Made by a program: the position numbers and the translations under genes. Below are positions 12,719-22,258 of a DNA stretch of 64,000 bases, piece after piece (position 1 is the stretch's first letter; every line of letters begins with the position of its first letter). The stretch spans positions 320,001-384,000 of the forward strand of contig CAWAMW010000016.1 of assembly GCA_963783305.1 (NCBI GenBank). Direction: 5' to 3'. Under the pieces are notes generated by a model, which did not search any database, was not told where the DNA came from, and saw only the letters and a program-made list of their open reading frames with translations. Source of the DNA: an uncultured Gemmatimonadales bacterium (lineage in GTDB: Bacteria > Gemmatimonadota > Gemmatimonadetes > Longimicrobiales > RSA9).

Positions 12719-12749
12719 CCCGACCGATCGGTTCCGGCACATTCCCGCC

Positions 12750-13601
12750 ATGCTCCGGTCCAGCAAAGATGCGCTCCAAGCCCACACGCCCTCGGCGGTG
12801 GGCCTGACCCGTCTCAGTACCCGACTTTCCTTTCCTCCGGGCGGGGAGCTCCTGTACCGCTCCATCCTGCGAGACGTCCAGCTCTCGGATTCGTCGGAAT
12901 TCGTCATGGTTCCCTGCGGCCGGGGTCGGAGCGCGCTCTTCATCGCCGAGTCCACGGGTGCGGCGGGCGCCGGGGCGGATCCGGACGCGGTGATGGTGGA
13001 GGTCGCAACGCGACGGGTGCGCAGGGCGGGCCTCGCCGCGCGTCTCCATTTCGAGACCGCGCCGGTGGAGGAGCTGCCGTACCAGGATGCTGTGTTCGAC
13101 CTGGCGCTGGGCGAGATAGAGCTGGGCGCAGCGCGGGACCCGAAGGCGGCGGTCAGGGAGCTCGTGCGGGTGACGCGGCCGGGGGGAACCGTGATCCTCG
13201 TGCAGCTCGTGTGGACGCGTGCGCTGGAAGAGGAGCGTCAGGCCGAGCTGGTGGGGCGTCTGGGCATTCAGCCGCTGGTGGTAGTGGAATGGAAGCAGCT
13301 GCTGCGGGACGCGGGGGTGCAGAATGTGACGGTGGAGGACTGGTCGGACGCGGCCTCGTCGCACAGCCAGCCCTCCGTCCTCGGTGGTCTCGCGGAGCTG
13401 TTCACGCTGCGCGGCAAGCTCCGGCTGCTGCCGCGGGCGTGGAAGCGCTGGGGCTGGCGCGGTGTCCGGGTCGTTCTCTCCCGCGAACGGGAGCTGCGGC
13501 ACCTGGTGGAAGAGGAACGAGTGCTGGGTGTGAGCCTGATCAGGGGCACGCTCCCGGCAGAACCTATGGTGGAGGTGGAGGATGAAGAGCACGGCGAGTG
13601 A
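12750..13601 (+). CDS. Class I SAM-dependent methyltransferase-like protein
   Basis: Degenerate motif I VPCGRG; EELPYQDAVFDL; ELVRVTRPGG. Confidence 0.8.
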   Translation: MLRSSKDALQAHTPSAVGLTRLSTRLSFPPGGELLYRSILRDVQLSDSSEFVMVPCGRGRSALFIAESTGAAGAGADPDAVMVEVATRRVRRAGLAARLHFETAPVEELPYQDAVFDLALGEIELGAARDPKAAVRELVRVTRPGGTVILVQLVWTRALEEERQAELVGRLGIQPLVVVEWKQLLRDAGVQNVTVEDWSDAASSHSQPSVLGGLAELFTLRGKLRLLPRAWKRWGWRGVRVVLSRERELRHLVEEERVLGVSLIRGTLPAEPMVEVEDEEHGE

Positions 13602-14781
13602 TTTCGGGGGTCTCAAGGCCCGGCTCGAGGAGATCCAGGCGGGGCTCCGGGAGCAGGGGCTGGACGGCTGGCTCCTCTACGACCTGCACGCGCGGAACCC
13701 GGTGGCGGGAAAGCTCACCGGGGTGGGCGACCTTACCCGCCGCTATTTCGTGCTCGTGCCCGCCAGCGGCGACCCCACCGTTCTCATGCACGGCATCGAG
13801 ACCACGCCGTGGGAGCCGTGGCCCTGGCAGAAGCAGACCTACGTCTCCTGGAAGAGTCTGGACGAGCGTCTGGCGGAGCTCATCGGGGGCAGGAAGGTGG
13901 CCGTCGAGATCATGGAGAACGACGCGGTGCCGGCGGTCGACATGATCCCCGCCGGCGTGGCCGACCTGCTGAGGAAGGCCGGGGCCGAGCTGCGGCCTTC
14001 CGCCGACCTCATCACCCGTTTCTACGCCCGCTGGACCGCGGATGGACTGGCCTCCCACGAGCGCGCTGCGAAGATCCTGGCCGAGGTGGCCCGGGCCACC
14101 TTCGAGCGCGCGGCCGAGGCCGTTGGCGCCGGCCGCGAGGTCACGGAGGGAGAGCTCCACCAGTGGCTCCTGGGGCAGCTCTCCGACCGCGGCGCGGGAG
14201 TCGGGCCCGACGCCATCGTCGCCAACGGCGTCAACGCCGCCAACCCGCACTACGAGAACGGCCCCGGGGGCGCCGTTCTCGAGAAGGGCGACGTCCTCCT
14301 GATCGACCTGTGGGCGCGGGAGTCCGACAGCGCCGTCTACGCCGACCAGACGTGGATGGGCTATCTCGGCGCCACCGTCCCCGACGAGGTGCAGGGCTAC
14401 TGGGAAGCCATCCGGGACGGCCGGGACGCCGCGGTCGAGTTCCTGCATGAGGAGTGGTCAGCCGGGCGCGTCATCCAGGGGTGGCAGGTGGACGACGTCA
14501 CCCGGGCCGTGATCCGGGACCGCGGCTGGGACCGCTACTTCATCCACCGGACCGGTCATTCCATCGACCAGGACGTGCACGGAATGGGGCCGAACATCGA
14601 CAATCTGGAGACCCACGAGACGCGCAAGCTGATCCCCGGGGTGGGCTTCAGCATCGAGCCGGGTATCTACGTTCCCGGGACGGTCGGCCTCCGTACGGAG
14701 ATCGACGTGTTCATGTCGGAGCACGGGCCGCGGGTGACTACGCCGGAGCCGCAGGCGCAGATCTTCACGCTGCTGCCCTGA
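13582..14781 (+). CDS. Xaa-Pro peptidase, M24 family
   Basis: ANPHY, LLIDLW, YADQT, HRTGHSI, FSIEPGIY, GLRTEID metal-ligand motifs. Confidence 0.95.
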   Translation: MKSTASDFGGLKARLEEIQAGLREQGLDGWLLYDLHARNPVAGKLTGVGDLTRRYFVLVPASGDPTVLMHGIETTPWEPWPWQKQTYVSWKSLDERLAELIGGRKVAVEIMENDAVPAVDMIPAGVADLLRKAGAELRPSADLITRFYARWTADGLASHERAAKILAEVARATFERAAEAVGAGREVTEGELHQWLLGQLSDRGAGVGPDAIVANGVNAANPHYENGPGGAVLEKGDVLLIDLWARESDSAVYADQTWMGYLGATVPDEVQGYWEAIRDGRDAAVEFLHEEWSAGRVIQGWQVDDVTRAVIRDRGWDRYFIHRTGHSIDQDVHGMGPNIDNLETHETRKLIPGVGFSIEPGIYVPGTVGLRTEIDVFMSEHGPRVTTPEPQAQIFTLLP

Positions 14782-14794
14782 GGAGAACGCGCGG

Positions 14795-15445
14795 ATGGCG
14801 AATGAGGGGCACGAGAAGGAGGCGGGCACCGGCGATCGCGACCGGACGGGCGTGGCGCCCGGGGGGCTCTACCTGTACGGTGTGGCCCGCACGCGCTCCT
14901 GGCGCTCGGCGGGCGCGGAAGCGGAAGGGCTGGTCAAGGTCCGCTACCGCGACCTCGAAGCGCTGGTCCGGCCCGTTCCCTACGCGATCCCGCGCCTCGA
15001 CGACCAGGGCGTTCGGGAGCACCAGCGGTTCGTCGAGTCGGCCATGCGCCGTGGCACCATTCTCCCCGCCCCGTTCGGGATCGTCTTTCGCGGCCGCCGG
15101 GCCGCCATCCGGTTCCTGGAGGACCAGTACATCTCGCTGGACGAGGGGCTGGCGTTCCTCGATGGCCACTGGGAGCTGCGGCTCCACGTGGCCGGCGACG
15201 AGGACGACAGCGAGCTCCGGGAGGTCACTACCCACCTGTATTCCGAGCTCCGGCGCTTCGCCCGCGCCGCCATCCCGCTGGAGGCCGGCGAGGGCCGGCT
15301 CATGAGTGCGGCGTTCCTGGTGGAGCGGGGCTCGTGGATCGAGTTCGTCGAGCGCAGCGACGACCTCGATCTGGCCCACCCCGGCCTCGTGTTCGACGTC
15401 ACCGGCCCCTGGCCCGCCTACGATTTCGTCAGGATCCAGGTCTAG
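14795..15445 (+). CDS. GvpL/GvpF-family protein (orphan)
   Basis: GLYLYGV, HQRFVE, TILPAPFGIVF, AAFLVER, C-terminal TGPWPAYDFV. Confidence 0.88.
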   Translation: MANEGHEKEAGTGDRDRTGVAPGGLYLYGVARTRSWRSAGAEAEGLVKVRYRDLEALVRPVPYAIPRLDDQGVREHQRFVESAMRRGTILPAPFGIVFRGRRAAIRFLEDQYISLDEGLAFLDGHWELRLHVAGDEDDSELREVTTHLYSELRRFARAAIPLEAGEGRLMSAAFLVERGSWIEFVERSDDLDLAHPGLVFDVTGPWPAYDFVRIQV

Positions 15446-15451
15446 CGCCCC

Positions 15452-17725
15452 ATGCTCGTAGAGGTGGCGCTCCCGCTCCCGATGCCGCGGACCTTCACCT
15501 ACCGGAGCGACGGCCCGGTAGCGCCCGGCACGCGCGTCGAAGTGCCATTCGGCCCACGCCGGCTCGTGGGCTGGGTCATGGGACCGGCACAGGACGGGCC
15601 CGAGGTCGCCCGGGTCCGCGACGTCCGGCGTGTGCTGGAAGATCGGCCCAGTGCCGACGACCATCTACGACGCCTCGCCCACTGGGTTGCCGACTACTAC
15701 ATATCCTCCGTGGGGCTGGTGCTGCGCGCCGCGCTCCCCAATCCCATGACCGACGCCGGCGCCGACCCGGTCAAGACCCGCCGCGTCCTGCACCTCACCC
15801 GTGAGCTGCCGAGCCTCACTCTCCGCGATGAGGTCTTCGGCCGCGCCCAGCGCCAGCGCGAGTGCTTCGAGTTCGTCGAAGCGGCCGGCGCCACCGCGCC
15901 CGTGACCCAGCTCACCGCACAGGGCTTCTCCTACGCCGTGATCAACGGCCTCGTGGAGCGCGAGGTGGCGGAGATCAGAGAGGAGGTGGTGGAGCGGGAT
16001 CCGTTCTCAGACCTTCCCACGAGCGAGGCGCCGCTTCCAACTCTCACCGCCGCGCAGGCCGCCGCACTGACACCGCTCCTCGATGCCGCCACGGCCGACG
16101 GCGGCACCTTCCTCCTTCGCGGCGTGACCGGCTCCGGCAAGACCCGGGTCTACATCGAGCTCCTCCGCGAGGTCGTCGGCCGCCAGGGGAAGGGGGCGAT
16201 CGTGCTGGTCCCCGAGATCGCCCTCACCCCCCAGACCGTGGGGCGGTTTCGGTCCCAGTTCGGCGAGGACGTCGCCGTGCTCCACTCCGCGCTCTCGGAG
16301 GGTGAGCGCTATGACGCCTGGCGCATGCTGCGCTCCGGGGAGCGCCGAATCGCCGTGGGCGCGCGTTCCGCCGTGTTCGCCCCCGTACGCGACCTCGGCG
16401 CCATTGTGGTGGACGAGGAGCACGAGGGCAGCTACAAGCAGGGTGAAGCGCCCCGATACCACGCCCGCGAGATCGCCATTGTCCGCGCCCGCATGACCCG
16501 TGGCGTGTGCCTCCTGGGCAGCGCGACGCCCGCCCTCGAGAGCTGGGCCAATGTGCGGAAGGGTAAGTTCTCGCTCCTCGAGCTGCCCGACCGTGTGGAG
16601 GGGCGGCCGCTGCCCACCGTGGAGGTAGTGGACCTCCGCGCGGGGAAGGACGCGGGCGGCGCTCGGGCCGGCGGGCGGTCCGGTGGCTCCAGGGCGGGTG
16701 CGGACGGCGGCGCAGCGGTGGCCCGCGTGCTCTCACCTCCGCTCGTGGCGGGGATCCGGGATCGGCTCGCGCTGGAGGAGCAGACGATCCTGCTCCTGAA
16801 CCGCCGCGGGTACGCGAGCTTCGTGCAGTGTCGCGACTGCGGCCACGTCTGGCAGTGCCAGCGGTGCAACGTGTCGCTCACCTACCACCGCACTCGCCGC
16901 CGACTGATCTGCCACTACTGCTTCCATGAGCAGGCGCCCCCCTCCCGCTGCGAGGAGTGCGGCTCCGAGAGCCTCTCGTTCCGGGGCCTCGGCACCGAAC
17001 AGGTCGAGCGCATCGTCGCGGAGACGTTTCCCACCGCGCGGGTGGCTCGCATGGACGTCGATACGACCTCCGGCAAGTGGTCGCACCACGAGATCCTCGG
17101 CAGGGTCGAGCGGCGCGAGATCGACATCCTCCTCGGCACGCAGATGATCGCCAAGGGCCTCGATTTCCCCCACGTCACGCTCGTGGGCGTCATCAACGCC
17201 GACGTCGGCATGAACCTGCCCGACTTCCGCGCGGGCGAGAGGACCTTCCAGCTGCTCACTCAGGTGGCCGGACGCGCCGGACGCGGCACGCGACCCGGCC
17301 AGGTCCTGGTCCAGACCGCGCTCCCCGGACACTACGCCGTCCGCCGCGCCCTCGAGCACGATTATCTGGGGTTCGCCGAGCGGGAGCTGGAGGAACGGAA
17401 GGAGCCCGAATACCCCCCCCACACCCGCCTCGCCAATGTCGTGATCAGCGGCACCGACGAGGTCCGCGTGCAGGAGGCGGCGGAATCGCTGGCCAGGTGG
17501 ACCGCCGACGCCGTACGCCAGCTCCGCGCCGGCACCGTGGGGCTCCTCGGGCCCGCACCGTGCGCCATCGATCGGATCCGCGACCGCTGGCGCTGGCACT
17601 TCCTGCTGCGCAGCCACAGTGCCCGCAGACTGGGCGCGGTCTGTCGGGCCCTCTACGAGACCCATGGCACGGGCAGCGGCGCAATTCGCGTCACTGTAGA
17701 CCGCGACCCCGTGGCGCTTCTATGA
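15452..17725 (+). CDS. priA: Primosomal protein N' (replication-restart helicase)
   Basis: GVTGSGKT, LVPEIALTPQ, DEEH, SATP, 8-Cys zinc region, GTQMIAKGLDFP, QVAGRAGR. Confidence 0.98.
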   Translation: MLVEVALPLPMPRTFTYRSDGPVAPGTRVEVPFGPRRLVGWVMGPAQDGPEVARVRDVRRVLEDRPSADDHLRRLAHWVADYYISSVGLVLRAALPNPMTDAGADPVKTRRVLHLTRELPSLTLRDEVFGRAQRQRECFEFVEAAGATAPVTQLTAQGFSYAVINGLVEREVAEIREEVVERDPFSDLPTSEAPLPTLTAAQAAALTPLLDAATADGGTFLLRGVTGSGKTRVYIELLREVVGRQGKGAIVLVPEIALTPQTVGRFRSQFGEDVAVLHSALSEGERYDAWRMLRSGERRIAVGARSAVFAPVRDLGAIVVDEEHEGSYKQGEAPRYHAREIAIVRARMTRGVCLLGSATPALESWANVRKGKFSLLELPDRVEGRPLPTVEVVDLRAGKDAGGARAGGRSGGSRAGADGGAAVARVLSPPLVAGIRDRLALEEQTILLLNRRGYASFVQCRDCGHVWQCQRCNVSLTYHRTRRRLICHYCFHEQAPPSRCEECGSESLSFRGLGTEQVERIVAETFPTARVARMDVDTTSGKWSHHEILGRVERREIDILLGTQMIAKGLDFPHVTLVGVINADVGMNLPDFRAGERTFQLLTQVAGRAGRGTRPGQVLVQTALPGHYAVRRALEHDYLGFAERELEERKEPEYPPHTRLANVVISGTDEVRVQEAAESLARWTADAVRQLRAGTVGLLGPAPCAIDRIRDRWRWHFLLRSHSARRLGAVCRALYETHGTGSGAIRVTVDRDPVALL

Positions 17726-17791
17726 CCGATGGAGTAAACTAGAGAGCCGGAATCCGCAGGGTCCTCGTGGGAAGGAGACTGAATCACGAGC

Positions 17792-18385
17792 ATGGGTTGT
17801 CTGGCTCTCAACGCTTCGTTCGAGCCGCTCACGATCCTCTCCGTTCGTCGGGCGCTTCGCCTCGTGATCGACCGCAAGGCCGAGATCCTCGAGGTGGACG
17901 AGTCCCGGCTCTATCGCTCGGAGCGGCGGGAGATGCCCTGTCCCGTGGTTATCCGGCTGGTCCGGTATGTCCACGTGCCCCGCAAGTTCCGCAGGCAGGT
18001 CACCAACACCTTCCTCTTCGCTCGGGACGGCTACCGGTGCCAGTACTGCGGTCGTCACCGCTCCGAGCTCAAGGGTCGGGAGTTCCTCACCCGCGACCAT
18101 GTCGTTCCGGTCTCCCGCGGCGGTGCCAATGACTGGGGCAACGTCGTGGCCGCCTGCTCGCCCTGCAACAACCGCAAGGGCCACCGCCTGCCCAGGGAAG
18201 TGGGCATGAAGCTCCAGACGGTACCGACGGAGCCGAACCACGTCGAGCTGGTCTGGGCGGTGCGGCGGATCACGGCGGTGCAGGCGAAGTACATCAGCAT
18301 GTTCTACGGCGAGGAGGTGCTGCGTGCGTTGAAGCCGCACCTTACGGACGCCGAGGAGCAGGATCGCGCCCCTTCCGCAGCCTAG
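17792..18385 (+). CDS. HNH endonuclease (McrA-like)
   Basis: LALNASFEPL N-terminus; RDGYRCQYCG; DHVVPVSRGG; WGNVVAACSPCNNRKG. Confidence 0.93.
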   Translation: MGCLALNASFEPLTILSVRRALRLVIDRKAEILEVDESRLYRSERREMPCPVVIRLVRYVHVPRKFRRQVTNTFLFARDGYRCQYCGRHRSELKGREFLTRDHVVPVSRGGANDWGNVVAACSPCNNRKGHRLPREVGMKLQTVPTEPNHVELVWAVRRITAVQAKYISMFYGEEVLRALKPHLTDAEEQDRAPSAA

Positions 18386-18425
18386 TTCCCTGTCTCCCGC
18401 CGCGCCTCGCTGACTCCTCCGGGTT

Positions 18426-19103
18426 CTATCCCCAGCCCCCCATCACCGCCGCGCCCGCCGCCACGAGCATCAGGAAGGCGAACATCATGAGGCCGATGAG
18501 GAGGGCGAATGGGAGCAGGATCGCCACCGCCGGCTTCCAGCCCTCGGTCCCATGGGCTTCGCGGAGCCCGATGATGAGCAGCACGACCATCCAGATCGAT
18601 CCGACGGGCCCGCCGATGAGCGGGACGACAGCGAAGAGGCCGGGGCTGTAGGCATAGCAGAACGTACGCACGGTGGTGCCGAAGCCGTGCTGCCCGTCGC
18701 CCAGGACGCGCAGGAGCGCGTGCGCCATCCCGGCGGCCACGAACAGTATCGCCAGGAGGAGGGCGGGAGTGAGGAGGAAGGTGGTGATCGGACTGATGGC
18801 CTCGATCCCGAGCCGGCTCGCGAGCTCCCCTCCCTGACCCGCGCCGGCGAAGAGGGAGAGCGATTCCCAGAATAGGTTGGCGCCGGCTACCAGGAAGACG
18901 ATGGAGAGGTAGTAGACGAGCGCGGCCCCGGTCCCGCGGTCGCGGGGCAGGAGCCGGAAAAAGGCCGCGGGCTCGAACGTGGCCCGCTTCCACGTCAGGC
19001 CGAACGCTGGCAGTACCGGTTCCTCTTCCGCCGGCGGCCATGGAAACGGCGCCGCGCCGGCTGCCAGCACAGTCGCTTCGCCGTACTCCCAGCTGTCACT
19101 CAT
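18426..19103 (-). CDS. Yip1-family membrane protein
   Basis: PAAFFR, five hydrophobic segments, GTTVRTFCYAYSP, IGLREAH. Confidence 0.8.
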   Translation of the reverse strand: MSDSWEYGEATVLAAGAAPFPWPPAEEEPVLPAFGLTWKRATFEPAAFFRLLPRDRGTGAALVYYLSIVFLVAGANLFWESLSLFAGAGQGGELASRLGIEAISPITTFLLTPALLLAILFVAAGMAHALLRVLGDGQHGFGTTVRTFCYAYSPGLFAVVPLIGGPVGSIWMVVLLIIGLREAHGTEGWKPAVAILLPFALLIGLMMFAFLMLVAAGAAVMGGWG

Positions 19104-19105
19104 TT

Positions 19106-19507
19106 TTACCCGTTCAGCCAGCTGCGCACTTTCTCCAGGAGTGTCCCGGAGTTGATGGGCTTGGGCAGAAAGTCGTTGGCCCCGGCATCCAGCGCCAGCG
19201 ACCGGGCCCCGTCCATCGCCGTCAGGGTGATGATGGGGATCTCACGCGTCTCGGGAAAGCCGCGGAGCTGGCGGGTGGCCTCGAACCCGTCGAGCTCCGG
19301 CATCATGATGTCCATGAGGATGAGGTCCGGTGCCGACTGCCGCGCGAGGGTCACGGCCTCCCGACCATTCACGGCGGGGATCACGTGGAATCCGAAGGCC
19401 TCGAGGAGCGCGCTCAGGGCTTCACGACTGTCCATGTGATCCTCGGCGATGAGGATCTTCGGCTTCGGGTCCTTGCCGTTCTTTGAGTCGCGGCTGATCT
19501 GCGCCAT
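19106..19507 (-). CDS. Single-domain response regulator (CheY/DivK-like)
   Basis: ILIAED, PDLILMDIMMPELDG, IITLTA, FLPKPI. Confidence 0.93.
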   Translation of the reverse strand: MAQISRDSKNGKDPKPKILIAEDHMDSREALSALLEAFGFHVIPAVNGREAVTLARQSAPDLILMDIMMPELDGFEATRQLRGFPETREIPIITLTAMDGARSLALDAGANDFLPKPINSGTLLEKVRSWLNG

Positions 19508-19576
19508 CGAGTGGAACCGGATTGAGTCTGGTAGGCCGCAGCACGAGGTGGGACGGCCCTGTTGGGAATGAGCCGA

Positions 19577-19593
19577 GGCAAAAATTGCGCCGA
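19577..19593 (-). promoter_or_regulatory. Putative sigma54 (-24/-12) promoter of the response regulator-Yip1 genes
   Basis: Minus strand TCGGCGCA-ATTT-TTGCC: GG-N10-GC spacing with TTGC, about 70 nt upstream of ATG. Confidence 0.6.
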
Positions 19594-19658
19594 CACCTGC
19601 CGTTTCGGACACCTCGATCCCTTTACGCCCGTAGCCCGGTAGCCTAGCTTCTCCACTC

Positions 19659-20081
19659 ATGAGCGTGGCTTATCTGACGCGGCGGGTCACCTTCTCCGCG
19701 GCCCATCGGTACTGGCGGAACGACTGGACCGAAGAGCGCAATCGTTCGGTTTTCGGCGCGTGCGCCAACCCGCACGGCCACGGGCACAACTACGACCTCG
19801 AGGCCACGGTGGAGGGAGAGATCGACGCCGACACGGGCTTCGCCGTGGATCTGGGCGCGCTCGACCGCGCGCTCCACGACGCCGTCGTCGCGCCGCTCGA
19901 CCATCAGCACATCAACCACGCCGTGCCCGGGTTCGGCGCCGAGGGGCGCGTGCCGACCACGGAGAACCTGGCCGCCTGGGCCTGGACCCGGATCCAGGCG
20001 CGGCTTCCGGGCGGCACGCGACTCCACCGCGTGCGGTTGCGTGAGGACGAGGACCTCTACGTCGATTTCTTCGGCGGTTGA
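19659..20081 (+). CDS. queD: 6-carboxy-tetrahydropterin / 6-pyruvoyl-tetrahydropterin synthase
   Basis: FSAAHR, CANPHGHGHNY, LDHQHIN, PTTENLA; TTTACG-N17-TAGCTT ends 8 nt before ATG (near-leaderless). Confidence 0.9.
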   Translation: MSVAYLTRRVTFSAAHRYWRNDWTEERNRSVFGACANPHGHGHNYDLEATVEGEIDADTGFAVDLGALDRALHDAVVAPLDHQHINHAVPGFGAEGRVPTTENLAAWAWTRIQARLPGGTRLHRVRLREDEDLYVDFFGG

Positions 20082-20443
20082 GCCGGGAGGGCGATCTGAG
20101 CAACGACGAATCGGAAGAAGGGAAGGGGCCGGTCCCCGTCCGTGACCTGATGCGGGGCACGACCGCCCACGAGGAGCCGGCGGGAGACCCCCGGTGGGAT
20201 GGCGCCGACCGGGAGTTCGAGATGGACGGCGAGACCTGGACCGCTCGACCCGCGGGCGCCGGTGCGTACGGAACCGGACGGATGGGATCCGCCAGACTCC
20301 TCGCGATCCACTTCGTTCGGACCCGTCAGCCAGAGCGGCCGGTGCGGGAGGCGCTGCTCCCCGCGGGCGAGTTTCCAACCTTGCGCGAACCGGAGCTCCG
20401 CACCCTCTTCCACCGGGCGACGGTCATCGACCTGGAGTCGTGA
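20078..20443 (+). CDS. Hypothetical protein
   Basis: Overlaps queD stop by 4 nt; start uncertain; ends PTLREPELRTLFHRA. Confidence 0.65.
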   Translation: MSREGDLSNDESEEGKGPVPVRDLMRGTTAHEEPAGDPRWDGADREFEMDGETWTARPAGAGAYGTGRMGSARLLAIHFVRTRQPERPVREALLPAGEFPTLREPELRTLFHRATVIDLES

Positions 20444-20522
20444 CACTGAGCTCGATCCGGCGAACCGCCCCCGACGGTGCGTCCAGCAAAACCTGTCCAT
20501 TAACCCAAGAGCTGAAGTCTAG

Positions 20523-21533
20523 ATGCCGGAGAACAAGCGAGTACTGACGGGCGACCGACCCACGGGCCGGCTGCACCTGGGTCACTGGGTAGGCAGCATC
20601 CAGAACCGGGTGCGCCTCCAGGCGGAGATGGAGTGCTACTTCATCATCGCAGACCTGCATACCCTGACCACAAAACCGGAGAAGGAGCACCTCGCCCAGG
20701 TCCCCGGGATGATCCGCGAGATGGTCCTCGACTATCTCGCACTCGGGATCGACCCCGATGCAAGCACCATCTTCGTCCAGTCCGCTGTGCCGGAGACCGC
20801 CGAGCTCAACCTGATCTTCGAGATGCTGGTGACGCTCCCGCGCCTCGAGCGCCTCCCCACCATCAAGGACATGGCCCAGGCCGCCGACCTCGACGTGCTC
20901 CCGTTCGGCCTCGTCGGCTACCCCGTGCTGCAGGCGGCTGATATCCTCCTGCCCCGCGCCCACGTCGTGCCCGTGGGCAGGGATAATCTCTCGCACGTAG
21001 AGATCACCCGCGAGATCGCCCGCCGCTTCAATTACCTCTACGGCGACGTGTTTCCCGAGCCTGAGCCTCTCATCGCCGGGGAGGCCGTCCTGCCCGGGAT
21101 CGATGGCCAGAGCAAGATGTCGAAGTCCCTCGGAAACGCCATTCTGCTGAGCGACGATGAGAAGACCGTGACCCAGCAGGTCATGAAGATGTTCACGGAT
21201 CCGAACCGGGTGCGGGCTGACATCCCCGGTCGGGTGGAGGGGAACCCGGTCTTCATCTTCCACGACCTGTTCAATCCGGACGTGGCGGAGGTGGACGACC
21301 TGAAGGAGCGTTACCGCACCGGCACGGTGGGGGACGTGGAGGTGAAGCGAAAGCTGGCGAGTGCCCTGAACGACTTCCTGGCCCCCGTCCGGGAGCGGCG
21401 AGCGGAGTTCGCGGAGCGCGAGGGGCTGGTGGAGGAGATACTCCACGCCGGCAACGAGGCGATGCGGGCTGTGGCAAGGGAGACGATGGAGAAAGTTCGC
21501 GAGGCCATGGGCCTCACCTACTACCGGGATTGA
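20523..21533 (+). CDS. trpS: Tryptophan-tRNA ligase
   Basis: [13 protein letters not shown] (HIGH), [15 protein letters not shown]. Confidence 0.97.
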   Translation: MPENKRVLTGDRPTGRLHLGHWVGSIQNRVRLQAEMECYFIIADLHTLTTKPEKEHLAQVPGMIREMVLDYLALGIDPDASTIFVQSAVPETAELNLIFEMLVTLPRLERLPTIKDMAQAADLDVLPFGLVGYPVLQAADILLPRAHVVPVGRDNLSHVEITREIARRFNYLYGDVFPEPEPLIAGEAVLPGIDGQSKMSKSLGNAILLSDDEKTVTQQVMKMFTDPNRVRADIPGRVEGNPVFIFHDLFNPDVAEVDDLKERYRTGTVGDVEVKRKLASALNDFLAPVRERRAEFAEREGLVEEILHAGNEAMRAVARETMEKVREAMGLTYYRD

Positions 21534-21544
21534 AGGAGGTTCGG

Positions 21545-22258
21545 ATGCGACGCTCGATTCGTTTGACGGGGATGGTGCTGGCGCTCGTGGGAGCCGGGTG
21601 TGACACCGGGCCCGAGGCGGGATCTGCGGAGATGGCGGCGGCGGAGGCGGGTGTGACGCTGCCGGAGGTCTCGTGTGAGCCGTCGGAGCGGATGGATTTG
21701 GTCGGTCGCGCGAGCCCGTACGATTCGGCGACGATCGAGCTGGGCGAGGGGGTCGCGAAGGTCTGCTACGGGCGTCCGTCGCTGAAGGGCCGCACGATGA
21801 TCGGAGGCGAGGCGGTGCCGTACGACACGCTGTGGCGGACGGGCGCGAACGAGCCTACCACGATCCACCTCAACGTGCCGGCGAGCATCGCGGGGCTGGA
21901 GGTGGAGCCGGGCTCCTACTCGCTCTACACGATCCCGCGGGACGGAACCGAGTGGACGCTGATCGTGAACCGCTCCACCTCCCAGTGGGGGCACGAGTCC
22001 ACGTACACCGAAGAGGTGAGGGCCCAGGAGGTGGGCCGCGTGCCGGTGGAGGCGGAGCGCCTCGACTCGTCGGTCGAGCAGCTGACCATCCGGCCGGTGG
22101 AAGCGAATGCCGGAACCGCGCGCGCCGGCCAGGAGGCTGCCGGGGATGAAGTCGCGGAGAGGCCTGCCGCGGCCGACGCCGGCGCTGCTCCCCGGAACGG
22201 CCTCCTGCTGGAGTGGCAGAACACCCGGGTTCACATTCCCATCGCCCCGGTCGGATGA
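21545..22258 (+). CDS. DUF2911-family lipoprotein
   Basis: Lipobox GAGC; RASP, YGRPSLKGR, VPYDTLWRTGANEPT, YSLYTIP, QWG. Confidence 0.9.
   Translation: MRRSIRLTGMVLALVGAGCDTGPEAGSAEMAAAEAGVTLPEVSCEPSERMDLVGRASPYDSATIELGEGVAKVCYGRPSLKGRTMIGGEAVPYDTLWRTGANEPTTIHLNVPASIAGLEVEPGSYSLYTIPRDGTEWTLIVNRSTSQWGHESTYTEEVRAQEVGRVPVEAERLDSSVEQLTIRPVEANAGTARAGQEAAGDEVAERPAAADAGAAPRNGLLLEWQNTRVHIPIAPVG

Noticed and set aside
14795..15445. Gas vesicle gene cluster
   Set aside because: Only one accessory gene and no gvpA or other gvp genes in the window
17792..18385. HNH as homing endonuclease, IscB/Cas9-like or restriction system
   Set aside because: Stand-alone 197-aa McrA-like family; no RuvC motifs, intron context, array or adjacent DNA methylase
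20444..20522. T-box or attenuator before trpS
   Set aside because: Only 79 nt; no T-box motif, Trp-codon leader or terminator
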